In this document: piece after piece, positions 38,381 through 49,160 of the stretch | How the letters are laid out: each line of letters begins with the position of its first letter | Numbering within the stretch: position 1 is the first letter of the stretch | Origin: Bacilli bacterium | GTDB taxonomy: Bacteria; Bacillota_I; Bacilli_A; RF39; UBA660 | Direction of reading: 5' to 3' | Assembly (NCBI GenBank): GCA_017435465.1 | Contig: JAFSEX010000005.1 | Location: 223,982 to 287,981, forward strand | Length of the DNA stretch: 64,000 bases | Made by a program: the position numbers and the translations under genes | Notes under the pieces: generated by a model | The model's database searches: none | What the model was told of the DNA's origin: nothing | Seen by the model: the letters and a program-made list of their open reading frames with translations, nothing else

Positions 38381-40516
38381 ATGAAAAATAAAATAATAAA
38401 TATAGCAATAATTATATTATCAATTTTCTTTGTTAGTAGTACTGATGTTTTTGCATTAAATCCAGTTTCAGTATCAGTTCATGATATTGAAGCAGATACA
38501 TATGTTATTGGAACACACATGTTTGATACAAATAGAACATATTTATCAACTGAAGATATCATGTGGGCTGCAAGAACAATAGATACTGATAGTAAAGATG
38601 ACATGATAATCTATTATAAAGATTTTAATAATGAGTGGATTAATGGTAGAACAGGAGAAGAAATTACTGTTCCTTCAACATTTGAAATTGAAGAAATAAA
38701 TGGAAGCAAGGCAGATTCTGTTAGTATATTTTACATAGAAGATAATTCTAATTATTCAATAATTGATCAATATTTATATACAAAAAATGATTTAACAATT
38801 ATTCCAGACAGTGATAAAAATTATACAATTAATTTTAATGCATATAATTTTGAAAACAAAACATATGATTTTAATTTTGTATGTAAATCGGATAACGAAA
38901 CAAATCTTGATTTAGGTACTATTCCAACAACTATTGAAATACTTAATGGGGAATTTGCATTACCAATAACTGTTAGTCAAAATGCAAAAGAAGGATATTA
39001 TTATTGTGAAATGACTTTAGGTGATAATAAATATAATGATTTTGGTATTAACATAGGACAGTCTGAACATATTTTTGAAGCAGAAGCATTAGAAATATAT
39101 ACTAATGATGAAAATTATAATGAATTTGCTGAAACTTTTTATCCAAAAGAATACAATACATTTGAAGTAGAAGAAGAGTCATCTTGGAGTTATGATCAAT
39201 TATTCTTTTTCCTTAATCCATTTATTGATGAAGGCGTATATAATGTAGAAATATCAGCAACTAAAAATGGAAAATCAGTAGAATTAAAAGATGTTCCAAC
39301 AAATATTAATATTGACTATTCAAAAGTAAATGGATTTTCAATAGATTTTGTTGATAAAATTACTGAAGGTAACTATACAATTGAAATAACTATTGATAAT
39401 ATTACAGAATATTTTTATTTAAAAGTTAAAAAACCAGTTAAAGTAGAATTAGAAACGTTATATAATAAAACTGATGGCTACTATATTGAAAATGGTAACA
39501 TAATAACAAACGAAAAAAATAAAACTTATACTGCAACCTTCAATACAACTAATCTTTCTGATGGAACCTATAATATTAAAAATTATATTGAAGCAATGAG
39601 TGTTGGGTTATCACAATCATTAAAAAGTGATTATAAAGTAGAGGTTAAAGATAATAAATTTACATTTGATTTTGTAATACCTAAAACTCTACCAGAATGT
39701 GATAGTTATTATATTGATCTAAAATTAATGGATGAAAATAATAATGAAATTAGTGAATTTATAATAAATCCTTTTTCAATTAACGGTAACAAATCAACAG
39801 GATTAAAATTTACAAGTTCTGAAGAATGTGGAAATCCTTTTGGTACTGTGTGCTTATCTGGAAGAAATGAAACAACTGGTGGTGCAATAATAGAATTGAA
39901 TTTTGCAACTCAAAAATGGGTAAGTGGTTTTGAAATTTATAGTTCAGATACTGAAGACGGACAATATACATTACTTGCTGACATTAATGATGGGTTCTAT
40001 CATGCAGAATTAGAAAATGAACAATCATGGGGAAATATAGAAGTTGAGGTTCCATTACAAGGAACAAAATATTTCAAAGTTATTCCATACATATTAGATG
40101 ATAACGATAATAAAATCTATAAAGAAGAATCAAATATTATAGATTATACTGATGAAATATATTCTTGGATTGGATTTAAACGAAATCCATATGGAAGTGA
40201 TATAATTGTTTCATATGATAATGAACATAATGCGACAATAACTATTGAATCATCAATATCAAAGAATGATTATATTGATGGATATATTATTTCAGAATCA
40301 GAAGATAATGGTATTAGTGGAACGTTAATAAAAAAATATGAAATTGACAAAAATATTACTTTTAATGAATATAATATGTCTAAAGAACAAGTTCAAGTTA
40401 CAATTCCTAACGGTGAAACAAGATTTTATATAATAACACCTTATATAAATATTAATGGTGAAGAAACAATTTTAGATTCACCTTATAGTATTAGATATGA
40501 AAACATTAATCAATAA
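38381..40516 (+). CDS. Large secreted hypothetical protein (signal peptide; beta-rich)
   Basis: 711 aa with an N-terminal signal IINIAIIILSIFFVSSTDVFA. Sits 14 bp after the previous gene, so probably an operon. Confidence 0.5.
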   Translation: MKNKIINIAIIILSIFFVSSTDVFALNPVSVSVHDIEADTYVIGTHMFDTNRTYLSTEDIMWAARTIDTDSKDDMIIYYKDFNNEWINGRTGEEITVPSTFEIEEINGSKADSVSIFYIEDNSNYSIIDQYLYTKNDLTIIPDSDKNYTINFNAYNFENKTYDFNFVCKSDNETNLDLGTIPTTIEILNGEFALPITVSQNAKEGYYYCEMTLGDNKYNDFGINIGQSEHIFEAEALEIYTNDENYNEFAETFYPKEYNTFEVEEESSWSYDQLFFFLNPFIDEGVYNVEISATKNGKSVELKDVPTNINIDYSKVNGFSIDFVDKITEGNYTIEITIDNITEYFYLKVKKPVKVELETLYNKTDGYYIENGNIITNEKNKTYTATFNTTNLSDGTYNIKNYIEAMSVGLSQSLKSDYKVEVKDNKFTFDFVIPKTLPECDSYYIDLKLMDENNNEISEFIINPFSINGNKSTGLKFTSSEECGNPFGTVCLSGRNETTGGAIIELNFATQKWVSGFEIYSSDTEDGQYTLLADINDGFYHAELENEQSWGNIEVEVPLQGTKYFKVIPYILDDNDNKIYKEESNIIDYTDEIYSWIGFKRNPYGSDIIVSYDNEHNATITIESSISKNDYIDGYIISESEDNGISGTLIKKYEIDKNITFNEYNMSKEQVQVTIPNGETRFYIITPYININGEETILDSPYSIRYENINQ

Positions 40517-40520
40517 TAAT

Positions 40521-40555
40521 TAGATTAAACAATTACGGAAATTCCGTAATTGTTT
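40521..40555 (+). terminator. Terminator after the surface-protein operon
   Basis: AAACAATTACGGA-aat-TCCGTAATTGTTT hairpin. Confidence 0.6.
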
Positions 40556-40635
40556 TCTTATCGTAGTCTACTAGACAAAATCTTAATTTTATAGTATAAT
40601 CTTAAAGCATTTGATTGAAAGGGGAGTTTATTCAA

Positions 40636-42036
40636 ATGAAGAAAACAAAAATTATATGTAGTATAGGTCCAGCAACTCAAAGTTGGGAAAATTTTAAAGG
40701 ATTAGTAGAAGCAGGAATGAATGTTGCTCGTATTAACTTTTCACATGCAACAATAGAAGAAAGAAAATTAGATGAAAGTTTAGTTAAAAGAGCCCGCGAA
40801 GAATTAGGAGCAAATATTGCAATATTATATGATACAAAAGGACCAGATTTAAGAACTTGTGAATTTGAAAATGATAGATTAGAATTAGTAGAAGGCAAGA
40901 CAATTAGAATAGTTGAAGATGATGTTGTTGGAAACAGTGAAAGAATATCATTAAATTATAAGGGTGTATTAAAAGATTTAAAAGTTGGATCAATTATTTT
41001 ATTAGACGACGGTTTTTATAAATTAGTGGTAACATCAATGGAAAACGATGGAGTTACTTGTGAAATACAAAATTCTGGCGTTATTAAAAGTAGACGTGGA
41101 GTTTGTATGCCAGGTATAAAATTAGATGTTCCATACATTTCAGAAAAAGACGAAGAAGATATTAAATATGCTTGTGAAAATGATGGGGATTATCTTGCTA
41201 TTTCATTTGTTAATAGTAAAGAAGATATAAATCAAGTTAAAGAATTATGTGCGAAATATGGTAAACCAAATATGCCAATTATTTCTAAAGTTGAAACTCA
41301 ATATGCAATGGATAATCTAGAAGAAATCGTTGAAGCTTCAGATTATATTATGATTGCTCGTGGAGATTTAGGAATTGAAACCGGTGTAGAAAATTTACCA
41401 TTATATCAACAAATGATGATAGATTCATGTCATGCACATAGTAAGGGTGTAATAATGGCAACACAAATGATGTATAGTATGAAAACTAATATACGTCCTA
41501 CAAATGCTGAAGTTACTGACGTTTCACATGCTGTTTTAGCAGGTTGTGATGCAATCATGACTAGTGATGAAACAACAATTGGTAAATATCCAATTGAAAC
41601 AATTAAAACAATGTCTACAATTTGTGAAAGTGCTGAAAAAATTACAAAATATAATTTAGATGATTATAAATTAAGAGGGACAGAAATTCATAATACAATA
41701 GCCAAATGTGCAGTTGAAGCTACAAAAGATTTGAAAGTTAAAGCAATAGTTGCATCAACTCTAACTGGAAAAACAGCATTAGATATCGCATCACTTCGTC
41801 CAGATGCTTTCATAGTTGCGACTGTAACAGATGAAAAAGTTGCACGTAGCCTAGCATTAAAATGGGGAGTATATACAAATCTTGTTCCAGTATATGATGA
41901 CACTGATGATATTGTAAATGCAGGTATTAAATCAGCAAAAGAAATCATAAACTTAAAAGAAGAAGATTTAATAGTAATTGTTGGTGGAGCACCAGCAAAT
42001 GCTCATACTAATTTTATGAAAATAGAAAAAATATAA
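40636..42036 (+). CDS. pyk: Pyruvate kinase
   Basis: KTKIICSIGPA...NVARINFSHA N-terminus and the K+/substrate site MIARGDLGIE. 467 aa. Confidence 0.9.
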   Translation: MKKTKIICSIGPATQSWENFKGLVEAGMNVARINFSHATIEERKLDESLVKRAREELGANIAILYDTKGPDLRTCEFENDRLELVEGKTIRIVEDDVVGNSERISLNYKGVLKDLKVGSIILLDDGFYKLVVTSMENDGVTCEIQNSGVIKSRRGVCMPGIKLDVPYISEKDEEDIKYACENDGDYLAISFVNSKEDINQVKELCAKYGKPNMPIISKVETQYAMDNLEEIVEASDYIMIARGDLGIETGVENLPLYQQMMIDSCHAHSKGVIMATQMMYSMKTNIRPTNAEVTDVSHAVLAGCDAIMTSDETTIGKYPIETIKTMSTICESAEKITKYNLDDYKLRGTEIHNTIAKCAVEATKDLKVKAIVASTLTGKTALDIASLRPDAFIVATVTDEKVARSLALKWGVYTNLVPVYDDTDDIVNAGIKSAKEIINLKEEDLIVIVGGAPANAHTNFMKIEKI

Positions 42037-42050
42037 AAAAGAGGGATAAC

Positions 42051-42587
42051 ATGCAAAAACAAAAACATGATGTAGTAATTAATAATGAAGATTTAAAATA
42101 TATGAATTTTGTTATTTCTAACTTAAGCGTTAGATTTGTTAAAGACTATATTAAAATAGAAAAATTGATACAAAATCATATGGCAAATAAAATTTCATTA
42201 GATGAATATTCAAAAGAATACAAAAATATTATTAATGAAAGTAAGATGCAAATTAAATCTTTCTCTAATAACTTTAAAGAATTATATATTATGAATTTAA
42301 TTAATAAAAAAATTAAAAATAAATCAATAAATTTATATGACAATGTAACATTTGATAATATTTTATTTGGAATTATTAATTCATTAAAAATTAATATGAT
42401 TTCGTCAAATGTTTTCAATTCTGTTATTGAATATGATATTAATGAAGTGCTAAATAAATTTAATAATAGAAAAGTAAATTTGTTGATATCTGATGAAGTT
42501 GATATCCAAAATAAACAATATATGAAATATGTTGAAAATAAAATCAATAATTATGAAAAAGGTATTCAAAAAAGTAAAAAGATGTAA
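42051..42587 (+). CDS. Hypothetical K/N-rich protein
   Basis: 178-aa ORF between pyk and polC. I recognise no motifs. Confidence 0.4.
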   Translation: MQKQKHDVVINNEDLKYMNFVISNLSVRFVKDYIKIEKLIQNHMANKISLDEYSKEYKNIINESKMQIKSFSNNFKELYIMNLINKKIKNKSINLYDNVTFDNILFGIINSLKINMISSNVFNSVIEYDINEVLNKFNNRKVNLLISDEVDIQNKQYMKYVENKINNYEKGIQKSKKM

Positions 42588-42651
42588 ATAATTTCTTTAT
42601 TATACATCTTTTTTTTGATATACTTAATTTAGTATTAAGAGGGTGTTTAGG

Positions 42652-45600
42652 ATGCAAAATAAGCTAATGGAATTACTAAATAATATAGGTTTAGAAAAAG
42701 AATATATAACATTATTTAAAAATGCTTCAATAAATAAAATTTTAATTAATAAAGAAAAAATGACTTATAAAATAATCGTTGATATAGAAGACAATGTTGA
42801 TGATGTTATTACTAATAGAATAATAAGTTTATTTAAAGAAAAATACAATAATATAAATGATGTAAATATTGAATATAATATTTTAAAAGTTAATGAACAA
42901 ATATTTGAAGAAGAGCAAAAAGTAATTAAGGAAACTAAAAAAATAGAAAAAAGTGAAAATGATACAATTATTTTTGGAAGCAGAATAGATGGTAATGTTA
43001 CTAGAATAGATAATATTTCGGTTGAAAATGAAAATGTAGTATTTGAAGGATTATTATTTGGTGTTGATTATTTTGAATCTAGTAAAAGCGATTTTAAAAT
43101 AGTTACATTAAAAATTACAGATTATACTAGTAGTATTTATGCTAAAGTATTTTTTAATGATAAGGATGAATATAGTAATTTTAAATCTAAAATAAAACAA
43201 GGTAATTGGTATCGTATTAATGGATTTACTAAAAATGATATGTATGCAAAGTGCTTAGTTGTAAATGTACGTGATATTGAATCAATTCCATCAAAAGATG
43301 AAATAAGAATAGATGATGCAGATGAAAAACGTGTTGAATTACATGCACATACATTTATGAGTCAAATGGATGGATTAGTTAGTCCAACAAATCTTATAAA
43401 TAGGGCACGTGAATTTGGTCATAAAGCAATTGCGATAACTGATCATAATGCAGTACAGGCTTTCCCAGAAGCTTATAACAATGCTAAGGGTATGAAAGTA
43501 ATATATGGTGTTGAGTTAAATTTAATAGATGATAATGTTGATATGGTATTTAGAGAAGATGATAGTCCATTATTAGATAGTACTTATGTTGTATTCGACT
43601 TTGAAACAACTGGATTTAATGCGGGTGGAGTAGATCAAATAATTGAAGCAGGCGCAGTTAAAATTTGTAATGGTGAAATTATTGATAAATTTGATGAATT
43701 TATTAACCCTGGAAAACCATTACTTCCTAAAATTACAGAATTAACTGGTATTACAGATGAAATGTTAAAAGACAAAGATGATGAAGAAACTGTAATCAAA
43801 AGATTTATTGAATGGACAGGAAATTGTCCAATGGTTGCGCATAATGCTAAATTTGATGCATCATTCTTAGAAGCTTGTTATAGAAAATATAATTTGGGTG
43901 AATATAAAAATGTTTTAATAGATACTTTAGAGTTATCTAGAGTTATGGATAGTAACTTTGCAAGACATAGTCTATCTGCACTTGTAAAAAGGTATGATAT
44001 TCCATTTGATGAAGAATCTCACCATAGAGCAGATTATGATGCTGAAGCAACTGCACTTATTTTCCATAAAATGATTAAAAGATTATCAGATAGAAACTTA
44101 GAAAAAATTAGTGATATAAAAACTATTGTTGAAAGTGATGATATTCATAAATTTGGTAACATTTATCATATAAACTTACTTGTTAAAAATAAGGAAGGAC
44201 TTAGAAACTTATTTAAAATAGTATCATTAGCAAATACTAAATATTTATATAAAACTCCTAGAATTTTAAGAAGTGAAATTAATAAATATAGAGAAGGACT
44301 TTTAGTAGGTAGTGGATGTGTAAATGGTGAAATATTTATGCAAGCTAAAAGTAAAAGTGATGAAGAACTTGCAAATCTTATGGAATTCTATGATTATATA
44401 GAAGTTCAACCATTAACTGTTTATGATCATTTAGTCCAAACTGGAGATTTTTCTAATACTTTAGAATTAGAAGAAAATATAAAGAAGATTATTAGAGTAG
44501 GTAGGCAAAAAGGAAAAATTGTTGTTGCAACAGGTGATGTTCACCATTTAGACCCTAAAGATAAAATTTTTAGAGAAGTTATTATTACTCAAAAAACTCC
44601 TGGTATTGGTGGATTTCATCCTTTATATAAACCTAATACTATTAAGAATGTTCCATCATTTCATTTTATGACCACTAAAGAAATGTTAGATAGTTTTTAC
44701 TTTATTGATATTGAAATACGTAGAGAAATTGTTATTGAGAACACTAATAAAATTGCAGATATGATTGAAGAAGTAGAAATTATTAAAGATAAATTATATA
44801 CTCCTAAAATGGATAACAGTGATAGTCAAGTTAAAGAAATGGTATATAATCGTGCCCATGAAATATATGGTGAGAACTTGCCAAAAATTATTGAAGAACG
44901 TATTGAAAAAGAATTACAAGGTATTATCGGTGGAGGATTTGACGTAATTTATTTGATTGCAGAAAAACTAGTTAAGCGTTCTAATGATGATGGATATTTA
45001 GTTGGTAGTCGTGGTAGTGTAGGTAGTAGTTTTGTTGCAACTATGATGGGAATTACTGAAGTTAATCCATTACCACCACATTATATATGTCCTAAATGTA
45101 AGAAAAGTATATTTGAAGAAAATGGTATTGAACTTGGTTCTAAATATTTTAGTGGGTATGATTTGCCTGATAGAGTATGTGGGTGTGGGACTCAAATGAA
45201 AAAAGAAGGACACGATATGCCATTTGCAACATTCTTAGGATTTAATGCAGATAAAGTTCCGGATATAGATCTTAACTTCTCTGGTGAATATCAGTGGAGA
45301 GCTCATGATTTCACTAAAGAAATGTTTGGTGAACATAATGTATTTCGTGCAGGTACAATTGGTACAGTAGCTGAAAAAACTGCATATGGTTTTGCGAAAG
45401 GTTATTGTGAATATAATAATATTGAACTTCCACCTGCAGAAATTGAAAGATTAGCAATGGGGTGTACTGGAGTTAAGAGAACAACTGGTCAACATCCTGG
45501 TGGTATAATTGTTATTCCAAAATATATGGATATATTTGATTTTAGTCCATATCAATATCCTGCAGATGATGCAACTTCTAGATGGTATACAACTCACTTT

Positions 45601-46701
45601 GATTTCCATGCAATACACGATAATGTATTAAAACTTGATATACTTGGACACGATGATCCGACCGCACTAAAAATGCTTGGAGATATTACTGGAGTTAATC
45701 TAGAAGATATTCCTTTTGATGATAAAAAAGTATTAAGTATTTTCTCATCACCTAAAGCTTTAGGTGTTACTAAAGAACAAATTATGTGCGAAACTGGTAC
45801 TTTAGGTGTTCCTGAATTTGGTACTAGATTTGTTATAGAAATGTTAAAAGATACACGTCCTACAACTTTTGCTGAACTTGTTAAAATTTCAGGATTATCA
45901 CATGGTACTGATGTATGGCTTGGTAATGCAAAAGATTTAATTATTAACAAAATCTGTGAATTTAAAGATGTTATAGGATGTCGTGATGATATTATGGTTT
46001 ATTTAATGTATCATGGATTAGAACCTTTAGATGCATTTAAAATAATGGAGTTTGTAAGAAAAGGTAAGGCAAGTAAAGATAAAGAACAGTGGGAAATTTA
46101 TAAAAAGTTAATGCAAGAGAAAAATATCGAAGAATGGTTTATTGATACTTGTCATAAAATAAAATACATGTTTCCTAAAGCCCATGCTACTGCATATGTT
46201 ATGATGGGTTATAGAGTAGCTTGGTTTAAGGTGTATAAACCTATTGAATATTATTCAACATATTTTAGTGTAAGAAGTAGTGATTTTGATATTGAAACTA
46301 TGATTGCAGGTTATGATAAAATTAAAGAAAAAATATTTGAAATAACTAACAAAGGTTATGATGCAACTAATAAGGAAATTTCTATCATGGGTGCTTTAGA
46401 TATCGCACTTGAAATGACTGCTCGTGGATTTAAATTTGGAAATATTGATTTAAATAAATCAGATTCAACAAAATTTATAATTGATGAAGATAGAAAAACT
46501 TTAATTCCTCCATTTAGAGTTATTGATGGACTAGGAGATACAGTTGCTAAAAAAATAATTGAAGAGAGAAATCAAAGACCTTTCTTAAGTATTGAAGATT
46601 TGCAAGTTAGAGCTAAAATATCTACTACTACTATTGCAAAAATGCGCTCAATGGGAATATTAGATAATATGGATGAATCTAATCAACTTAGTTTATTTTA
46701 A
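42652..46701 (+). CDS. polC: DNA polymerase III PolC-type (Gram-positive replicative polymerase)
   Basis: PHP domain (RVELHAHTFMSQMDG), 3'-5' exonuclease (VVFDFETTG...AHNAKFD...HRADYDA), polymerase core (GSRGSVGSS, PDIDLNFSGE), and the C-terminal NQLSLF. Confidence 0.92.
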   Translation: MQNKLMELLNNIGLEKEYITLFKNASINKILINKEKMTYKIIVDIEDNVDDVITNRIISLFKEKYNNINDVNIEYNILKVNEQIFEEEQKVIKETKKIEKSENDTIIFGSRIDGNVTRIDNISVENENVVFEGLLFGVDYFESSKSDFKIVTLKITDYTSSIYAKVFFNDKDEYSNFKSKIKQGNWYRINGFTKNDMYAKCLVVNVRDIESIPSKDEIRIDDADEKRVELHAHTFMSQMDGLVSPTNLINRAREFGHKAIAITDHNAVQAFPEAYNNAKGMKVIYGVELNLIDDNVDMVFREDDSPLLDSTYVVFDFETTGFNAGGVDQIIEAGAVKICNGEIIDKFDEFINPGKPLLPKITELTGITDEMLKDKDDEETVIKRFIEWTGNCPMVAHNAKFDASFLEACYRKYNLGEYKNVLIDTLELSRVMDSNFARHSLSALVKRYDIPFDEESHHRADYDAEATALIFHKMIKRLSDRNLEKISDIKTIVESDDIHKFGNIYHINLLVKNKEGLRNLFKIVSLANTKYLYKTPRILRSEINKYREGLLVGSGCVNGEIFMQAKSKSDEELANLMEFYDYIEVQPLTVYDHLVQTGDFSNTLELEENIKKIIRVGRQKGKIVVATGDVHHLDPKDKIFREVIITQKTPGIGGFHPLYKPNTIKNVPSFHFMTTKEMLDSFYFIDIEIRREIVIENTNKIADMIEEVEIIKDKLYTPKMDNSDSQVKEMVYNRAHEIYGENLPKIIEERIEKELQGIIGGGFDVIYLIAEKLVKRSNDDGYLVGSRGSVGSSFVATMMGITEVNPLPPHYICPKCKKSIFEENGIELGSKYFSGYDLPDRVCGCGTQMKKEGHDMPFATFLGFNADKVPDIDLNFSGEYQWRAHDFTKEMFGEHNVFRAGTIGTVAEKTAYGFAKGYCEYNNIELPPAEIERLAMGCTGVKRTTGQHPGGIIVIPKYMDIFDFSPYQYPADDATSRWYTTHFDFHAIHDNVLKLDILGHDDPTALKMLGDITGVNLEDIPFDDKKVLSIFSSPKALGVTKEQIMCETGTLGVPEFGTRFVIEMLKDTRPTTFAELVKISGLSHGTDVWLGNAKDLIINKICEFKDVIGCRDDIMVYLMYHGLEPLDAFKIMEFVRKGKASKDKEQWEIYKKLMQEKNIEEWFIDTCHKIKYMFPKAHATAYVMMGYRVAWFKVYKPIEYYSTYFSVRSSDFDIETMIAGYDKIKEKIFEITNKGYDATNKEISIMGALDIALEMTARGFKFGNIDLNKSDSTKFIIDEDRKTLIPPFRVIDGLGDTVAKKIIEERNQRPFLSIEDLQVRAKISTTTIAKMRSMGILDNMDESNQLSLF

Positions 46702-46704
46702 AAC

Positions 46705-46740
46705 TTTACAATTTTGTAAAGTTTTTTATTTAAAAAAAAA
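46705..46740 (+). terminator. Terminator after polC
   Basis: AAACTTTACA-attt-TGTAAAGTTT hairpin followed by a T-run. Confidence 0.6.
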
Positions 46741-46809
46741 AGTATTCATATAATAAATAATTGTAATATATAATGTGACTATTTAAAAATTAAAAATGGA
46801 GTGGATAAT

Positions 46810-46974
46810 ATGGATTATTATGATGAAATAAAACAAGAATTAATTTCAAATGAAATAAATAAAAAAATAAAAGATTACGGAAAAAATAAATATGAATTAC
46901 AAAAATATTATAATGTCGGAAAACTATTGTTAGAGCGTTATTTAAAGAAGTTGTTAACTTCCTTTCTTAAATAA
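46810..46974 (+). pseudogene. 54-codon remnant resembling the N-terminus of a YhcG/DUF1016-type nuclease-like protein
   Basis: MDYYDEIKQELISNEINKKIKDYGKNKYELQKYYNVGKLLLE resembles DUF1016_N. The ORF terminates early and has a good RBS. Confidence 0.25.
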
Positions 46975-47280
46975 ATATTAACATGCTATTGGAGATATAG
47001 CAAGTAAAAGTTAACTAATATTATTTCAAAAATGGAATAAGACTTAATATTTTAATTAATATCATTTTTCTTTTTCTAGGAAATTATTTCATTATTCCTA
47101 GAAATTGTATAGTTTAAAAGTAAAAAATAAATTTCCTTTCTAACTGATTTATTTTTATTTTCAGTTCAAAAGGGAATTTAATTATTTAACAACCGACAAG
47201 ATAACCGACAAGATATAAGCAAGACGATTGAAATTATTTTTATTGTTTGATATAATAAGATTATGTTAGGAGTGATATAA

Positions 47281-48276
47281 ATGGATAAATATCAACCACC
47301 TTTTGAAATATCTAATAAGATGTTAGATTTAGTTGGAAGTATAATGGAAAAAATAGGACAATTAAACAATTATAGCGATTTAAATAAAATGCCTATTTTA
47401 AGAAGAAATAATAGGATTAAATCAATTCATTCTTCATTAGCAATTGAAGCAAATTCATTAACTTTTAATCAAGTAAAAGATGTTATTAACGGTAAGCTAG
47501 TTATTGGTGAACAAAAAGAAATACAAGAAGTTAAAAATGCTTATAAAGCGTATGAAATGATAAAAGAAGTAAATCCTTATAAGATTAAAGATTTATTAAA
47601 TATTCATAAAACTTTAACTTATTTAACTGTTGAAGAATCTGGAGTATTTAGAAATGGTGCAGAAGGAGTTTTTGATGAAAATAACAATTGTATTTTTGTT
47701 GCTCCTAAACCTGAGTTTGTAGAAGGATTAATGAATGATTTATTTTCTTGGATGAAAGAAAATAAAGATAATATACATCCATTAATATTATCATCAATAT
47801 TCCATTATGAGTTTGTATTTATACATCCTTTTAGTGATGGTAATGGAAGAACTGCTAGGTTGTGGCAAAATATAATATTATCTAATTGGAAAGAAATTTT
47901 TGAATATGTTCCGATTGAATCACAAATTAAAAAATATCAACAAGAATATTATAAATCAATAGATACTTGTAATAAAAATGGAAACTCAAAAGTATTTATA
48001 GAGTTTATGTTAACTATGATAGATGAAGTATTGGAAGATTTAATAAGTAGTACTCAAAATGAAATAACACATATTAATGCTTATGTTAATAAGTTATTAA
48101 ATGTAATGGATTATAATATACCAATGAGTTCTAATGAAATAATGGAAAAGTTAGGATTAAAATCAAAAGAATCATTTAGAGAAAATTATTTAAATCCAGC
48201 ATTAGAAAATGGTATTATTAAAATGACTCTACCAGATAAACCTACCAGCAAAAATCAAATGTATTATAGAGATTAG
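47281..48276 (+). CDS. fic: Fic family protein (AMPylase-type Fido domain)
   Basis: Canonical Fic motif HPFSDGNGRTARL. N-terminal helix SLAIEANSL resembles the [ST]xxxE[GN] inhibitory motif. Confidence 0.8.
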   Translation: MDKYQPPFEISNKMLDLVGSIMEKIGQLNNYSDLNKMPILRRNNRIKSIHSSLAIEANSLTFNQVKDVINGKLVIGEQKEIQEVKNAYKAYEMIKEVNPYKIKDLLNIHKTLTYLTVEESGVFRNGAEGVFDENNNCIFVAPKPEFVEGLMNDLFSWMKENKDNIHPLILSSIFHYEFVFIHPFSDGNGRTARLWQNIILSNWKEIFEYVPIESQIKKYQQEYYKSIDTCNKNGNSKVFIEFMLTMIDEVLEDLISSTQNEITHINAYVNKLLNVMDYNIPMSSNEIMEKLGLKSKESFRENYLNPALENGIIKMTLPDKPTSKNQMYYRD

Positions 48277-48374
48277 TTATTTACTATTACACTACAAAAC
48301 TTAAATTTTGTAGTCTGATTGTAGGTAAATATATAAATATGTGATTTTCAGTATACAAGGAAGTAGTGAATTAA

Positions 48375-48839
48375 ATGAAAATAATAAATATAGCAAGTAA
48401 TAATTCAGTTTGGAGAGGCCAAGATTATTATAAAGAAAAGAAAATTAAAAAGTATAAAAAGATAAGTGATTATGAATATGAAGCTATTGCTTTAGGCAGT
48501 GATAAAAACAATTATAATGTTTTTCTAGATATAGAACATCCTAGAAAATCAAAATGTGATTGTTCTCACGCAAAAGACAAAAGAATAATATGTAAACATA
48601 TTGTTGCACTTTATTTTACAATATTTCCTAAAGAAGTTGATACTTTTCTAAAAGAAGTAGAAGAAGCACAAAATGAATATGAAGATTACAAAGGTAAACT
48701 ATATAATAAAACTTTAAAATATATTAATAAAATGTCTAAAAAAGAGTTAGAAGAATCTTTAGTTTATATATTAAATATCTCTCCAGATTGGTTTTATGAC
48801 AAATTTGTTAGAGAGTATGTTGGTTTTGATGTAGATTAA
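48375..48839 (+). CDS. SWIM zinc-finger domain protein
   Basis: CDCSHAKDKRIICKHIVALYF fits the SWIM pattern C-x-C-x(9)-C-x-H. Confidence 0.5.
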   Translation: MKIINIASNNSVWRGQDYYKEKKIKKYKKISDYEYEAIALGSDKNNYNVFLDIEHPRKSKCDCSHAKDKRIICKHIVALYFTIFPKEVDTFLKEVEEAQNEYEDYKGKLYNKTLKYINKMSKKELEESLVYILNISPDWFYDKFVREYVGFDVD

Positions 48840-49053
48840 AAAAGTTTTGCAATCATAAGTATGCAAAACTTTTTGTATGTTAAGATTATTATAGTTAATT
48901 AATCAATAATTTTTTCAAAATTAAATAATTCTGAATCAAAAAATTCTTTTAATGTTATATTAAATATCTTACATATTTTATAAATATTTGTTGAACTTGG
49001 ATTGTCTACTTTTACTTTATCACTACAGTTGTCTAATGTAAAGTATAACTCTA

Positions 49054-49145
49054 TTGACACCTGTTGAAAACTTTTTCTTGACTTGGGGGAATATTATATA
49101 CTAAACTTGAAAATTGTGGATAATTATTAATTAATTATCAAAAAA
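49054..49145 (+). promoter_or_regulatory. Conserved upstream element copy 2: TTGACT, G5 tract, TATACT (13-nt spacer), GATAATTATT
   Basis: TTGACT 49078-49083, G5 49085-49089, TATACT 49097-49102. Paralogous to 36940-37020; the only length difference is the G-tract. Confidence 0.5.
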
Positions 49146-49160
49146 GGAGTGAAAAAATTT

